A stretch of 64,000 nt of DNA from Gammaproteobacteria bacterium. Its GTDB lineage: Bacteria; Pseudomonadota; Gammaproteobacteria; Eutrophobiales; Eutrophobiaceae. Where the stretch lies: contig OZ244905.1 in NCBI GenBank assembly GCA_965221695.1, forward strand, positions 1,824,001 through 1,888,000, written 5' to 3'. Positions 32,411 to 43,000 of this stretch are shown piece after piece. The notes below the pieces were generated by a model, which was given only the letters and a program-made list of their open reading frames with translations, ran no database searches and had not been told where the DNA came from. Made by a program: the position numbers and the translations under genes. How positions within the stretch are numbered: the first letter of the stretch is position 1; each line of letters opens with the position of its first letter.

Positions 32411-32485
32411 GACACAAAAGCTTGCATTTTACAGAACCATTGAGCTAATATATTAGGTAGTTTAAGGTTTAGCGGGATAACCACC

Positions 32486-34927
32486 ATGTCAAGTAACAAA
32501 ACAACTGTTCAACGGCCGCCATTCCAAAAAAAGACCCTCGCCATTGCCATGTCGGCCCTGCTGGGCGGCGCTCAGGCTGCCAATGCTCAAATACTGGAAG
32601 AAATCGTCGTTACCGCAACTAAGCGGGAGGCCAATCTGCAGGATATACCCGTATCGATTACTGCGTTTACGACGGATGAAATTCATCGTCGCGGTTTCAA
32701 GGGCATGGACGATTATGTCAGCTTCATTCCGGGCCTGGCCGTTGGCCGGCGCGAACCCGGCGGCAACTCGGTGGTATTCCGCGGGGTCGCGGCATCTGGC
32801 ATCCAGTTCGGCAACAATCCTTCTAGCGGTGTTTACCTGGATGAACAACCGATTACCGCCGCCGGCATCAACCCGGATCCGCGCCTGGTTGATATAGAAC
32901 GGGTCGAAGCATTAAGCGGTCCGCAAGGCACCTTGTTCGGCGATGCCTCCCAATCCGGGACGCTGCGCATTATTACCAACAAACCGGATGCTAACGAATT
33001 TGACAGTTGGGTCGAGGCCTCCGGTTCACAGGTTGATGGCGGCGATGCCGGCTATGATGTGAGCGCAATGGTCAACCTCCCTGTGATCGAAAACCAGTTG
33101 GCTGTTCGCCTGGTCGGTTTTCGCGCGGAAGAAGCCGGCTACATCGATAATGTGCTTGGCCCCAGCGCCGGCGGCTCTTTTGACAATGCCGGCTTTGTCG
33201 AGGAGGACGTCAATACCAGCAGGACCACCGGCGGACGGATCGCCGCGCGCTGGACCCCCAATGAGGACTGGACTCTGGATGTGTCCGCGATATACCAGGA
33301 CTGGGAGGCCGATGGTTTTGCCGACGCCAATCTCGAGGCGGGCAACTTGGAACAGGTTCGCTTCAACAAAGAGACAATGGACGAGGATTGGTACCAGTTG
33401 GGCCTGACCCTGGAGGGCAAGCTGGGTTTTGCCGATACCTTATTGCATGCCTCTTATTTCAATCGTGATTTTCGCTACGATGCCGATGGCACTGATTATC
33501 AGTTTGCCTTCAACCAACTGTTTGATGATGCGTATTACGATGTCTATAATTTTGGCGGCGACCCAAAAGACGGTTTTGCCATCAACGATGTGGGCAATGA
33601 GCGCTGGACCGTGGAGGCGCGATTGTCGACACCGGCTGACTCCGACAGCAAATGGTTCGGATTAGTGGGCATGTTTTACAACCGCACTGAGGAACATTCG
33701 GTATTTGCCGCGGGTAATGGTGATTTCGGCGGTTCCCCGGGATTTTATTACATCGCCTATAACGTAGATTTCAATAATCCGACTTATATCGATTACGACG
33801 GCACTATCCCAAATCCGGACTATAGGCCGGACAGCGCTTCCCTGAATGGGTTGCCTCCCGGTAGCTGGGAAGCCAATGACAACTGGTTTTTCGGGGTCTA
33901 TGACGAGCAGATCGACCAGTTTGCCATTTTCGGCGAGATGAGCTTCGATTTCACCGAGAATTTTACCATTACCGCTGGCGGACGCTGGTTTCGGGTTGAA
34001 CGCGAGTTCCACCTGGTGCAAGGCGCGCTGCAACAAGGGGATGCGCTGAAGCCCGATTATGAGACCGACTTCATTGTTACCGATGAAACCGTAGACGGGA
34101 TCGATCATGGTTTTGTGCCCAAGCTCAACCTGAGTTGGCGCTACACCGACGACATGATGGTTTACTTTACCTATTCACAAGGCTTCCGCAGTGGCGGCGG
34201 CAACGGCTCCAAGCGCATTTCAGGCATTCCTTCCACGTATGACGCGGACAAGCTGAAAAACATGGAAGTGGGGGCAAAATCCACCTGGCTGGATGGCCGT
34301 TTGCGCGCCAACTTCACCGCCTATAAAATGGAATGGGAAGATATACAAGTGCAGGTGGAAGACCCGAACCCGCTGGTGTTTTCCTTGGGTATCGTGAACT
34401 TCCCGGAGGCAAAGATAGACGGCTTCGAGTTTGACTTTGCCTGGTTGCCGGCCGAAGGCTGGGACCTGGGCGGAACGGTTGCCTATAACGATGCCAGGAT
34501 TTCCGAAACAGCGGCCCTGGATTTTCTGGGCTACACGCTGGATGTGGAAAAAGGCAGCAGGCTCCCGATTACGCCGGACTGGAAGGCGAGTCTGTCTGTG
34601 CAATATACCTTCCCGCAACTGATTGCCGGCGCCGAACCCTATATGCGCTTCGATTATTCGCATACCGGCGAATCGATTAATGCCTTGAGGGGTGTTGAAT
34701 CCATCGTCGCGCTGGAGACCGACCCGCCGACCACGGTGCAGAAGGCTTATGATGTCGGTGATTTCAGTATGGGACTGGAGGCCGATACCTGGAGCGCGTC
34801 ATTTTATGTTAATAATGTCTGGGACGAGAGCGGCACTACGTTTGTGAATAACCGCTGGGCTGAACGACGTTTTGGCGTGAACCAGCCCCGCACCTTTGGT
34901 GTGACCTTCAGAAAATATTTCAGGTAA
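32486..34927 (+). CDS. TonB-dependent receptor
   Basis: Signal peptide, LEEIVVTA TonB box, ERVEALSGPQGTLFG plug, terminal PRTFGVTFRKYFR. Confidence 0.93.
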   Translation: MSSNKTTVQRPPFQKKTLAIAMSALLGGAQAANAQILEEIVVTATKREANLQDIPVSITAFTTDEIHRRGFKGMDDYVSFIPGLAVGRREPGGNSVVFRGVAASGIQFGNNPSSGVYLDEQPITAAGINPDPRLVDIERVEALSGPQGTLFGDASQSGTLRIITNKPDANEFDSWVEASGSQVDGGDAGYDVSAMVNLPVIENQLAVRLVGFRAEEAGYIDNVLGPSAGGSFDNAGFVEEDVNTSRTTGGRIAARWTPNEDWTLDVSAIYQDWEADGFADANLEAGNLEQVRFNKETMDEDWYQLGLTLEGKLGFADTLLHASYFNRDFRYDADGTDYQFAFNQLFDDAYYDVYNFGGDPKDGFAINDVGNERWTVEARLSTPADSDSKWFGLVGMFYNRTEEHSVFAAGNGDFGGSPGFYYIAYNVDFNNPTYIDYDGTIPNPDYRPDSASLNGLPPGSWEANDNWFFGVYDEQIDQFAIFGEMSFDFTENFTITAGGRWFRVEREFHLVQGALQQGDALKPDYETDFIVTDETVDGIDHGFVPKLNLSWRYTDDMMVYFTYSQGFRSGGGNGSKRISGIPSTYDADKLKNMEVGAKSTWLDGRLRANFTAYKMEWEDIQVQVEDPNPLVFSLGIVNFPEAKIDGFEFDFAWLPAEGWDLGGTVAYNDARISETAALDFLGYTLDVEKGSRLPITPDWKASLSVQYTFPQLIAGAEPYMRFDYSHTGESINALRGVESIVALETDPPTTVQKAYDVGDFSMGLEADTWSASFYVNNVWDESGTTFVNNRWAERRFGVNQPRTFGVTFRKYFR

Positions 34928-34983
34928 TATTCCTGTATCTGCCATCGGTTTGCAGAGCTCACCTACTGTGAGGCGCTCTGTTT

Positions 34984-36312
34984 ATGCTCGAAGACTGGTT
35001 TAACGAAAACGCCATCGAAGAGGTAGAGGTGCTGATCCCTGATTTTGCCGGTATGGCCAGGGGCAAATACGTGCCTGTGGAACGCTACCTGCAAGATCAG
35101 GGAATACGCCTTGCCCAAGGTCTTTTTACTCAGACTATTTCCGGCGAATATACGGAATTGGTCGAAACCATTAACCCCACGGATATGGATATGGAGGCCC
35201 GACCGGCGTTGGAAACACTGCGCATAGTGCCCTGGGCAAATTACCCGACCGCCCAGATTATCCACGACTGTTATCAGCATGACGGCGCGCCGGTGACACT
35301 GGCTCCCAGGCATGTCTTGCAACGGACGCTGGCTATGTATGAGAGCCAGGGCAGAGCCGCTGTGGTCGCGCCGGAGATAGAGTTTTACCTGGTCAAGGCC
35401 AATACCGACCCCCATTTTCCATTAGAGCCGCCAACCGGCCGTTCAGGGCGTCAGGAACAATCCCGCCGTGTTCTGAGCATCGATGCCTTGAACGAATTCG
35501 ACGATGTCATCGAAGATATCTATACCTACGCTGAACTGCAGCAATTGGATATAGAAACCGTGTCTTATGAAGACGGCATCGCTCAACTGGAAGTCAATTT
35601 TCGTCATGGCGAGCCGATGCGTCTGGCCGACCAAGTGTTCGCGTTCAAACGCACTGTGCGCGAAGCGGCATATAAACACGATATGCACGCAACCTTCATG
35701 GCCAAACCCCACCAGGATCAGCCCGGCAGTTCGATGCACCTGCACCAGAGCATCATCGATAAGAAAACCGGTGAAAATATCTTTATGGGTAAGCCTGGTG
35801 AACCGAATAAATTGTTCAAAGGCTATATCGCCGGTTTACAGAAATACATGCCCGCGATCATGCCCATGTTTGCGCCCAACGTGAATTCTTATCGGCGCAT
35901 CGCCCGCTACCTGTCCGCGCCCATCAATACCCATTGGGGCTTCGACAATCGCACGGCAGGCCTGCGCGTGCCCTCATCGGCGCCTGAAGACACCCGGATT
36001 GAAAACCGGGTGCCCGGCGCTGACACCAACCCTTACCTGGTTATCGCCGCGTCTTTGGCAGCAGGCTACCTGGGCATGGAAAAACAGCTCGAACCGAGCC
36101 GGCCAATCGACGACAGCGCGCAGGAGCGGGCAATTACTCTGCCGCGTGACTTGCTGTCCGCGTTGAAGTTCCTGCGCAGGAGCGGGCCGATACGCCAGAT
36201 TCTCGGTGAAGAATTTGTCCAAGCCTATTTTGCCGTGAAGGAATTGGAATACGAAACATTTCTGGGGGTGATCAGTTCCTGGGAACGGGAGCGCCTGTTG
36301 TTGACGGTATAA
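34984..36312 (+). CDS. Second GS-like gamma-glutamylpolyamine synthetase (SpuB/PauA family)
   Basis: PDFAGMARGK, APEIEFYL, ATFMAKP..PGSSMHLH, WGFDNRT, ENRVPGADTNPY, ISSWERERL. Confidence 0.88.
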   Translation: MLEDWFNENAIEEVEVLIPDFAGMARGKYVPVERYLQDQGIRLAQGLFTQTISGEYTELVETINPTDMDMEARPALETLRIVPWANYPTAQIIHDCYQHDGAPVTLAPRHVLQRTLAMYESQGRAAVVAPEIEFYLVKANTDPHFPLEPPTGRSGRQEQSRRVLSIDALNEFDDVIEDIYTYAELQQLDIETVSYEDGIAQLEVNFRHGEPMRLADQVFAFKRTVREAAYKHDMHATFMAKPHQDQPGSSMHLHQSIIDKKTGENIFMGKPGEPNKLFKGYIAGLQKYMPAIMPMFAPNVNSYRRIARYLSAPINTHWGFDNRTAGLRVPSSAPEDTRIENRVPGADTNPYLVIAASLAAGYLGMEKQLEPSRPIDDSAQERAITLPRDLLSALKFLRRSGPIRQILGEEFVQAYFAVKELEYETFLGVISSWERERLLLTV

Positions 36313-36361
36313 TGCGTATCACGATGATCTCAGTGATTCGCTTGTTAGCATCGGATATATG

Positions 36362-36635
36362 ATGAACCAGCCGGCAAACAATACCGCAAACTGGCGGGCC
36401 ATTGACCGGGCGCACCAACTGCACCCCTTTTCCGATACCAAAGCCCTGGCAGAGGAAGGCTGCCGCGTGATCACGCGCGCGCAGGATATCTATAATCTGG
36501 GACAACGGTCTGGTCATGCGAGCCATACGTGATACTATGGTTATCTCTCCACCGCTGACTATGACGAGAGAACAAATCGACGAGCTGATTGAACTTGTCT
36601 ACAAATGCCTGAAGCTGACTGCTGGTAAACTGTAA
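36362..36635 (+). pseudogene. SpuC-like omega-aminotransferase remnant with a large internal deletion
   Basis: N-terminus WRAIDRAHQLHPFSD..RVITRAQDIY(+1)IWD fused directly to C-terminus NGLVMRAIRDTMVISPPLTMTREQIDEL. Confidence 0.85.
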
Positions 36636-36650
36636 ACCGGAGGAAACAAC

Positions 36651-38474
36651 ATGGGCTGGCAACATCAACTATTACGAGTCAATCTGAGCAACCTGAGTTG
36701 CGCAGTAGAATCGTTGAACAAAGAATGGGCGCAATCCTACCTGGGACAGCGGGGACTGGGCACCAAGTATCTGTATGAAGAGATCGACCCGCGGGTTGAC
36801 CCGGTTTCTCCCGAGAACAAGCTGATCTTTGCAACCGGCCCTTTGACCGGCACCATGGCCTCCACCGGGGGACGTTATTCGGTCATCACCAAGGGCGCGT
36901 TGACAAATGCCATTGCCTGTTCCAATTCCGGCGGCCAATTCGGCGCCGAGCTGAAACTGGCCGGTTACGACCTGCTGATCCTGGAAGGCAAGGCGCCGAA
37001 ACCCGTTTACCTTCATATCGAAAACGAGCGCGCGCGGTTGTTGCCTGCCGATCGCCTCTGGGGAAAGACTGTCTGGGAGACGGAAGAAATCATCAAGCAA
37101 ACGCATCAGGATCCTCTGATCCATATTGCCTCAGTCGGGCCCAGCGCCGAATACGGTTGCCGTTTTGCCTGCGTGGTTAATGACATGCACCGGGCCGCCG
37201 GCCGCTCCGGCGTCGGCACAGTGATGGGTTCGAAGGGCCTGAAGGCCATTGCCGTGCGGGGGACAAAAGGCGTCAGCGTGGCGGACCCTGCAGCATTTAT
37301 GCAGATCGCGACGGACACGGCGCAGGCCATGCGGCAAGATAGCGGGCGCAAAGCTCTAACCGGGGATGGCACCATCGCGATGATGGATACTACCAATGTC
37401 TATGGCTCCTTGCCCACCCGGAACTTCCGAGATGTCCAGTTTGAGGGCGCCGACAAAATCGGCCTGAGCGCAATGAAGACCGCCAATGAAAACGGCCATG
37501 TCAACCTTGTGACCAACAGCGCCTGCTTTGGCTGCACTATCGGTTGTGGCAGGGTCTGCCACATCGACCCGACACATTTTTCCGTCAAGGACAAGCCGCA
37601 ATATCACGGCGCGTCCGGCGGGCTTGAATACGAAACTGCGTATGCGCTGGGTTCTGCGGTAGGCGTAGACGATATCGACGCTGCCACGTATTGTGGTTTC
37701 CTCTGCAACGAATACGGTATGGATCCCATCTCCCTGGGCGGGTCTATCTCTGCCGCGATGGAGTTATTCGATATCGGCGCTATTGATGAATCGGTCACCG
37801 GCGGCATCAAGCTGGAATTCGGTTCCGCGGAAGCATTGTGCGCGATGACTGAAGCCGTTGCCAAAGGAGAAGGGTTCGGACGGGATGTGGGCATGGGCTC
37901 AAAGCTACTGTGCGAGAAGTATGGTCGCCCCGAGCTTTCCATGTCCGTCAAGGGCCAGGAATTCGCCGCCTATGACGGGCGCGGCATGCAAGGGATGGGC
38001 CTGGGATATGCCACCAGCAACCGGGGCGCCTGCCATTTACGCGCCAGCCCTTACGAACATGATTTTACCACCCTGGAAACCGAGGGCAAGGCGCAGGTAG
38101 TCAAGGAGACCCAGGATTTTATCGCTGCAGTCGATTCCAGCGGTTTATGCCTGTTCTCAGGCTTCGGCGGCTTCTCCAACGAACTGGTTGCGAAACACGT
38201 CGATGCCGCCTGTGCCGGAGAATGGGATGAAACGCGCCTGCAGGAGACCGGGGAGCGCATCTGGAACCTGGAACGGCAGTTCAACCTTGCCGCCGGTTTG
38301 ACCGGCAAAGACGATACCTTGCCTCCCAGGATTCTGTCCGAACCGGCGCCAAGCGGCGTGGGTAAAGGGCAGGTATGCAAGCTGGATGAGATGCTTCCGC
38401 AATATTACCAGTTGCGCGGCTGGGACGAGGGCGGCGCGCCGGTACCGGAAACCCTGGAACGGCTTGGACTGTAG
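36651..38474 (+). CDS. Aldehyde:ferredoxin oxidoreductase (tungsten AOR family)
   Basis: GPLTGT, SNSGG, RAAGRSGVG..MGSKGLKA, CFGCTIGC, EYET, RGACH, DSSGLC, YYQLRGWD. Confidence 0.92.
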   Translation: MGWQHQLLRVNLSNLSCAVESLNKEWAQSYLGQRGLGTKYLYEEIDPRVDPVSPENKLIFATGPLTGTMASTGGRYSVITKGALTNAIACSNSGGQFGAELKLAGYDLLILEGKAPKPVYLHIENERARLLPADRLWGKTVWETEEIIKQTHQDPLIHIASVGPSAEYGCRFACVVNDMHRAAGRSGVGTVMGSKGLKAIAVRGTKGVSVADPAAFMQIATDTAQAMRQDSGRKALTGDGTIAMMDTTNVYGSLPTRNFRDVQFEGADKIGLSAMKTANENGHVNLVTNSACFGCTIGCGRVCHIDPTHFSVKDKPQYHGASGGLEYETAYALGSAVGVDDIDAATYCGFLCNEYGMDPISLGGSISAAMELFDIGAIDESVTGGIKLEFGSAEALCAMTEAVAKGEGFGRDVGMGSKLLCEKYGRPELSMSVKGQEFAAYDGRGMQGMGLGYATSNRGACHLRASPYEHDFTTLETEGKAQVVKETQDFIAAVDSSGLCLFSGFGGFSNELVAKHVDAACAGEWDETRLQETGERIWNLERQFNLAAGLTGKDDTLPPRILSEPAPSGVGKGQVCKLDEMLPQYYQLRGWDEGGAPVPETLERLGL

Positions 38475-38598
38475 CGCTGGATCAATGCCGGCAGCGCCGC
38501 CGTTGCCATCCCTGCTACGCGGCAACGGCAAAGTTCAGCGTAGATTATCCTCTACTCCAGAGCTGCGGGCAGCTTGAACAGCTTAAGGACCGTATCTG

Positions 38599-39885
38599 AT
38601 GCCGGAGCAATACCAGCAAGCCCATTGTAATTCCTATTACGCGGCAACGGCGAACGTTACTACTGACTACCCTGCGCTCCAGGGCGCGGAGAGTTGCGAT
38701 GTCTGTGTCATCGGTGCCGGGTTCACCGGCATTTCCGCGGCGCTGAGCCTGGCAGAGCGAGGCTATAAGGTCAGCGTTATTGAGGCAAACCGAGTAGGCT
38801 GGGGAGCGTCCGGACGTAACGGCGGCCAGCTTATCGGCGGCATTAGCGGGGAGGAACACCTGGAAAAATCTCAGAATCAGAACATCTCCGATCAGCTCTG
38901 GTCCATGCGCTGGGCTGGCCATGAGATCATCAAGCAGCGAGTCGAGAAGTATTCCATAGAATGCGATCTCAAGTTCGGACATATGGATGTCGCCATCAAA
39001 CCCCGCCACTGGCGCGACCTGCTGGAGGAATACGACACCTTGCAAGAACGGGGATTTCCGCATGAAACCAGGCTGGCGCCGAAGCAGGAAATTACGAGTG
39101 TGATAGGCACGGAGGCCTATATCGGTGGCCTGATCAACATGGCCAACGGCCATCTGCATCCCCTAAACCTGTGCCTGGGCGAGGCTGCAGCGGCCGCGCA
39201 ACAGGGAACCAACATATACGAACAGTCTCCCGTACTCCGGATTGAACACGGTAGCAAACCGCGTGTGCATACTGAAGCAGGCAGCATCACTTGCGACTTC
39301 GTAATCCTGGCAGGTAATGCCTACCACCGCTTAGAACCCCGGCGCCTGGGCGGCTATGTGTTCCCCGCCGGCAGCTTTATCATTGCCACCGAACCCCTGT
39401 CAGATGAAATGGTAAGCGAAATCAACCCCCTGGACCTGGCCGTGTGCGATCCCAATCATGTGCTCGACTACTTCAGACTGAGCGCGGACAAGCGTCTGTT
39501 ATTCGGTGGCCGCTGCAATTATTCCGGTCGCGACCCGCGCAGTATCAGCCGATCCATTTTTCCGAGGATGGCAAAGATCTTTCCGCAACTGAAAAACGCG
39601 CGCATCGATTACGAATGGGGCGGCAAAATCGGCATTGTCATCAACCGCGTCCCGCATATCGGCAGACTGCAAGACAATGTCTTCTACGCCCAGGGCTATT
39701 CCGGCCACGGCGTAAACGTCACCCACCTGGCCGGTCAGATCCTGGCCGAAGCCATCGCCGGCACGTATGAGCGCTTCGACATATTCGCAAAGACCAAACA
39801 TCTGCGCATCCCCGGCGGTCAATGGATAGGCAACCAACTGCTTGCCCTGGGTATGCTCTACTATCGGTTGCTGGATTTGCTTTGA
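38599..39885 (+). CDS. puuB: FAD-dependent gamma-glutamylputrescine oxidase-like protein
   Basis: SYYAATA, IGAGFTG, GWGASGRNGG, HLHPLN, LDYFRLSAD, QGYSGHG. Confidence 0.8.
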   Translation: MPEQYQQAHCNSYYAATANVTTDYPALQGAESCDVCVIGAGFTGISAALSLAERGYKVSVIEANRVGWGASGRNGGQLIGGISGEEHLEKSQNQNISDQLWSMRWAGHEIIKQRVEKYSIECDLKFGHMDVAIKPRHWRDLLEEYDTLQERGFPHETRLAPKQEITSVIGTEAYIGGLINMANGHLHPLNLCLGEAAAAAQQGTNIYEQSPVLRIEHGSKPRVHTEAGSITCDFVILAGNAYHRLEPRRLGGYVFPAGSFIIATEPLSDEMVSEINPLDLAVCDPNHVLDYFRLSADKRLLFGGRCNYSGRDPRSISRSIFPRMAKIFPQLKNARIDYEWGGKIGIVINRVPHIGRLQDNVFYAQGYSGHGVNVTHLAGQILAEAIAGTYERFDIFAKTKHLRIPGGQWIGNQLLALGMLYYRLLDLL

Positions 39886-40014
39886 TTTTTATTGGGAGGA
39901 GAAGTAGAATAAATCCGTCCGGGATCGCGGGCTCCCGGAAGGCTCTAATCCAATAGGACTGGCGGGGAATTATCTGACGCTGTGCAAGCCGGACCATAAG
40001 CATGACCGCAAGGA

Positions 40015-43000
40015 ATGAAGACCACAATCCATAATCAGGAAAAATTCCAGCAACTTCTTCGCGAACTGTTCCAGTTTGATTGCGCCGATCTGGATTTCGG
40101 TATCTACCGCATTATGAATCACAAGCGGGAAGTGATCGAAAAATTTATCTCCGAGGACTTGGTCAAAGTTGTAAGTGAGGAGTTAGACCGGGATATCCTG
40201 AACGATCAGGAACGGGCTGTCCGGGAGTTAGAAGAAACAGCAAAATTAGTGCAAGAAACATTCGGCGATGACGCGCTGGATGCCAGCGGCAAATTACAAC
40301 GCTACCATGAGACTCCGCTGGGTAAAAAATACCTGAAATGGCAGCAACGCGCCATCGGGGCGCGCAACCGCAAAGCGCTGGAAGCGGATATCTTCAACCA
40401 CCTATTCGCTTTTTTCAGCCGTTATTACCAGGACGGCGATTTTATCTCTAAACGCCGCTACTCTAAACAGCATCGTTACGCCATTCCTTACAACGGGGAA
40501 GAGGTTTATCTGCATTGGGCCAACGCGGATCAGTACTACATAAAAACCGCCGAATATTTTCACGACTATTCCTATAGTTCGCAGGGGGTCACCGTCCATT
40601 TCAAACTCAATAACGCTGATGTTGAACAAAATAATATTAAAGGCGAAAAACGCTTCTTTGTGCCCCTTATCACTGGCATAACACAAAACGAAAGCGCCAA
40701 AGCATTCACCATCCCTTTTGAATATCGGCCATTAGACGAACAGGAAGAAACCCGATACGGGAGAACAAATCAGCAAGACACGATTATTACTGAGTTCGTT
40801 GCTGAAATACAGACAAGATCAGAGCTGTCAAACGAAATCCTGGTTGCGCTGGGTACCGCACGTCAGCGGAATGCAGACAATCAACCGGTCACATTTCTGG
40901 AACATCACCTGCGACAATACACTCGCCGAAATACTTCGGATTTTTTCATTCATAAAAACCTGAAGGCATTTTTATCACAGGAGTTAGATTTCTATATCAA
41001 AAGCGAAGCGCTACATCTTGATGATTTGGAAATTGCCGGCGAGGATTTTGCCGAAGGCTGGTTCCAGGTTATCCGGGTTCTCAGGAAGACAGGCAGTCAA
41101 ATTATCGATTTTCTCGACCAGATCGAAGGGTTTCAAAAGATGCTTTGGGAAAAGCGCAAATTCATCACTGAAATTGAGTATTGCATCACCATCGGCAATA
41201 TAGATGAACACTTTTACCCCACTATCGCTGACTGCGAGCCACAATGGATTGAATGGAAAGACTTATTTCATATTGATGAGGACAAGACAGATCTTTTCAC
41301 TTCCGGCGGAAGCGCTAGGGACAAACGCATCATCTTCATGAAGGATCATCCCACCCTCGTTCTCGACACCAAGCGCTTCGATGAGGACTTCAAGAACGAA
41401 CTGCTCGCATCTATCGAAGACATTGATGAATTATGCGATGGGTTGCTGATTCATTCGGAGAACTTCCAGGCTTTGGGGGTTCTTAACAATCGTTATCGGA
41501 GCAAAATAAAGTGTGTACATATCGACCCTCCATATAACACCGACACCAGTGGATTTTTATATAAAAATGAATACCGCCATTCAAGTTGGATGACGTTCAT
41601 GGAAAGCAGAATATTGGCATCAATCAACATGCTCACTAACGATGCATCTTATCTTTGCCATATTGATGAGAATGAATATGAACGCTTGCAACTTCTGTTT
41701 GAACGCATACCAATACCTGCTGCAGGCACTGCTGTCTGGGATAAAAGGAACCCTATGAACGCAGGTCGTGGTTTAGCGATGCAACATGAGTACATGATTT
41801 GGAGATCGAGGAAACGAGGGCCTATATATCTACGAAACCACAACATATCCTTAATATTGAAGACCGCTGACAACATACTTCAGAAATATGGAGAAGTTTC
41901 AGATGAAGCAAGAAAAGAATTTGCCGAATATGTAGATAACAACAAACAACTAACCGGAGGAGAGAAGGCATATCGGCATTTGGATGACGATGGAAATATT
42001 TATCAAAGTGTCAGCCTAAGGGCACCTGAACCAAGAACCGAGCAAAAATTCCATATTCCCCTAATACATCCTATTTCTGGTAAGCCCTGTCCCGTACCTC
42101 CAAATGGTTTTTCTCGCACTCCTGAAACATTACAAATCATGATAGAGCGGGGCGAGATTATCTTTGGATTAGATGAAAGCATACAGCCACGTCAAAAAGT
42201 CGTTCTTACAACCGAAAAAAGAAGGCAAATGTCTTCGGTCATACAAGACGCAAAAAAGGGAAAAGCAGATCTTGATCGGCTAGACCTTGATTTTCCTTAC
42301 TGTCATCCAGTCTCATTTTATGAGGAAATCATCGCGGCAGCCGTCGACAACGATAATGAAATTATACTGGATTACTTCGCGGGTTCCGGAACTACGGCCC
42401 ATGCTGTTATGAATCTTAACCGCGATAATGGAGGCAACATTAAGTTCATCATGGTTGAAATGGGACAATATTTTGATACTGTGCTACTGCCGCGCATCAA
42501 AAAAGTAACCTTTTCCCCAGAATGGAAAGACGGAAAACCAACTCGCATGGCCAGCCGGGAAGAAGCCAATCGTAGCCCGCGCATCATCAAGTATCTGCGC
42601 CTGGAAAGTTACGAAGACGCTTTGAATAACATCGAGCTTGATGACTCATCAGGACAGCAGGCCATGAAATTCGATGATTACCTGCTTAACTACATGCTCC
42701 AATGGGAGGCCAAACACAGTAAGACTTTGCTGAACGTTGAAGACCTCGCCCGACCGTTCGATTACAAACTGCAAATCCATACGAACGGCGCGACACGAGC
42801 AACGACTGTTGACATCCCGGAAACCTTTAACTACCTGCTGGGTCTCCACGTACAAACACGTCGAATATACGATGACGAGGGGCGACGCTACCTTATCTAC
42901 CAAGGCTTGGTTGACCAGCGACGGGCCGTCATCATATGGCGCGAAACCGACGGATGGCAAAAGGAAGATCTGGAACGCGATAAACAATTCATCAGCGAAC

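Noticed and set aside
21915-36312. glnA call for the two GS-like genes
   Set aside because: Motifs and context fit PuuA/PauA ligases; the DGSS motif of GSI is absent
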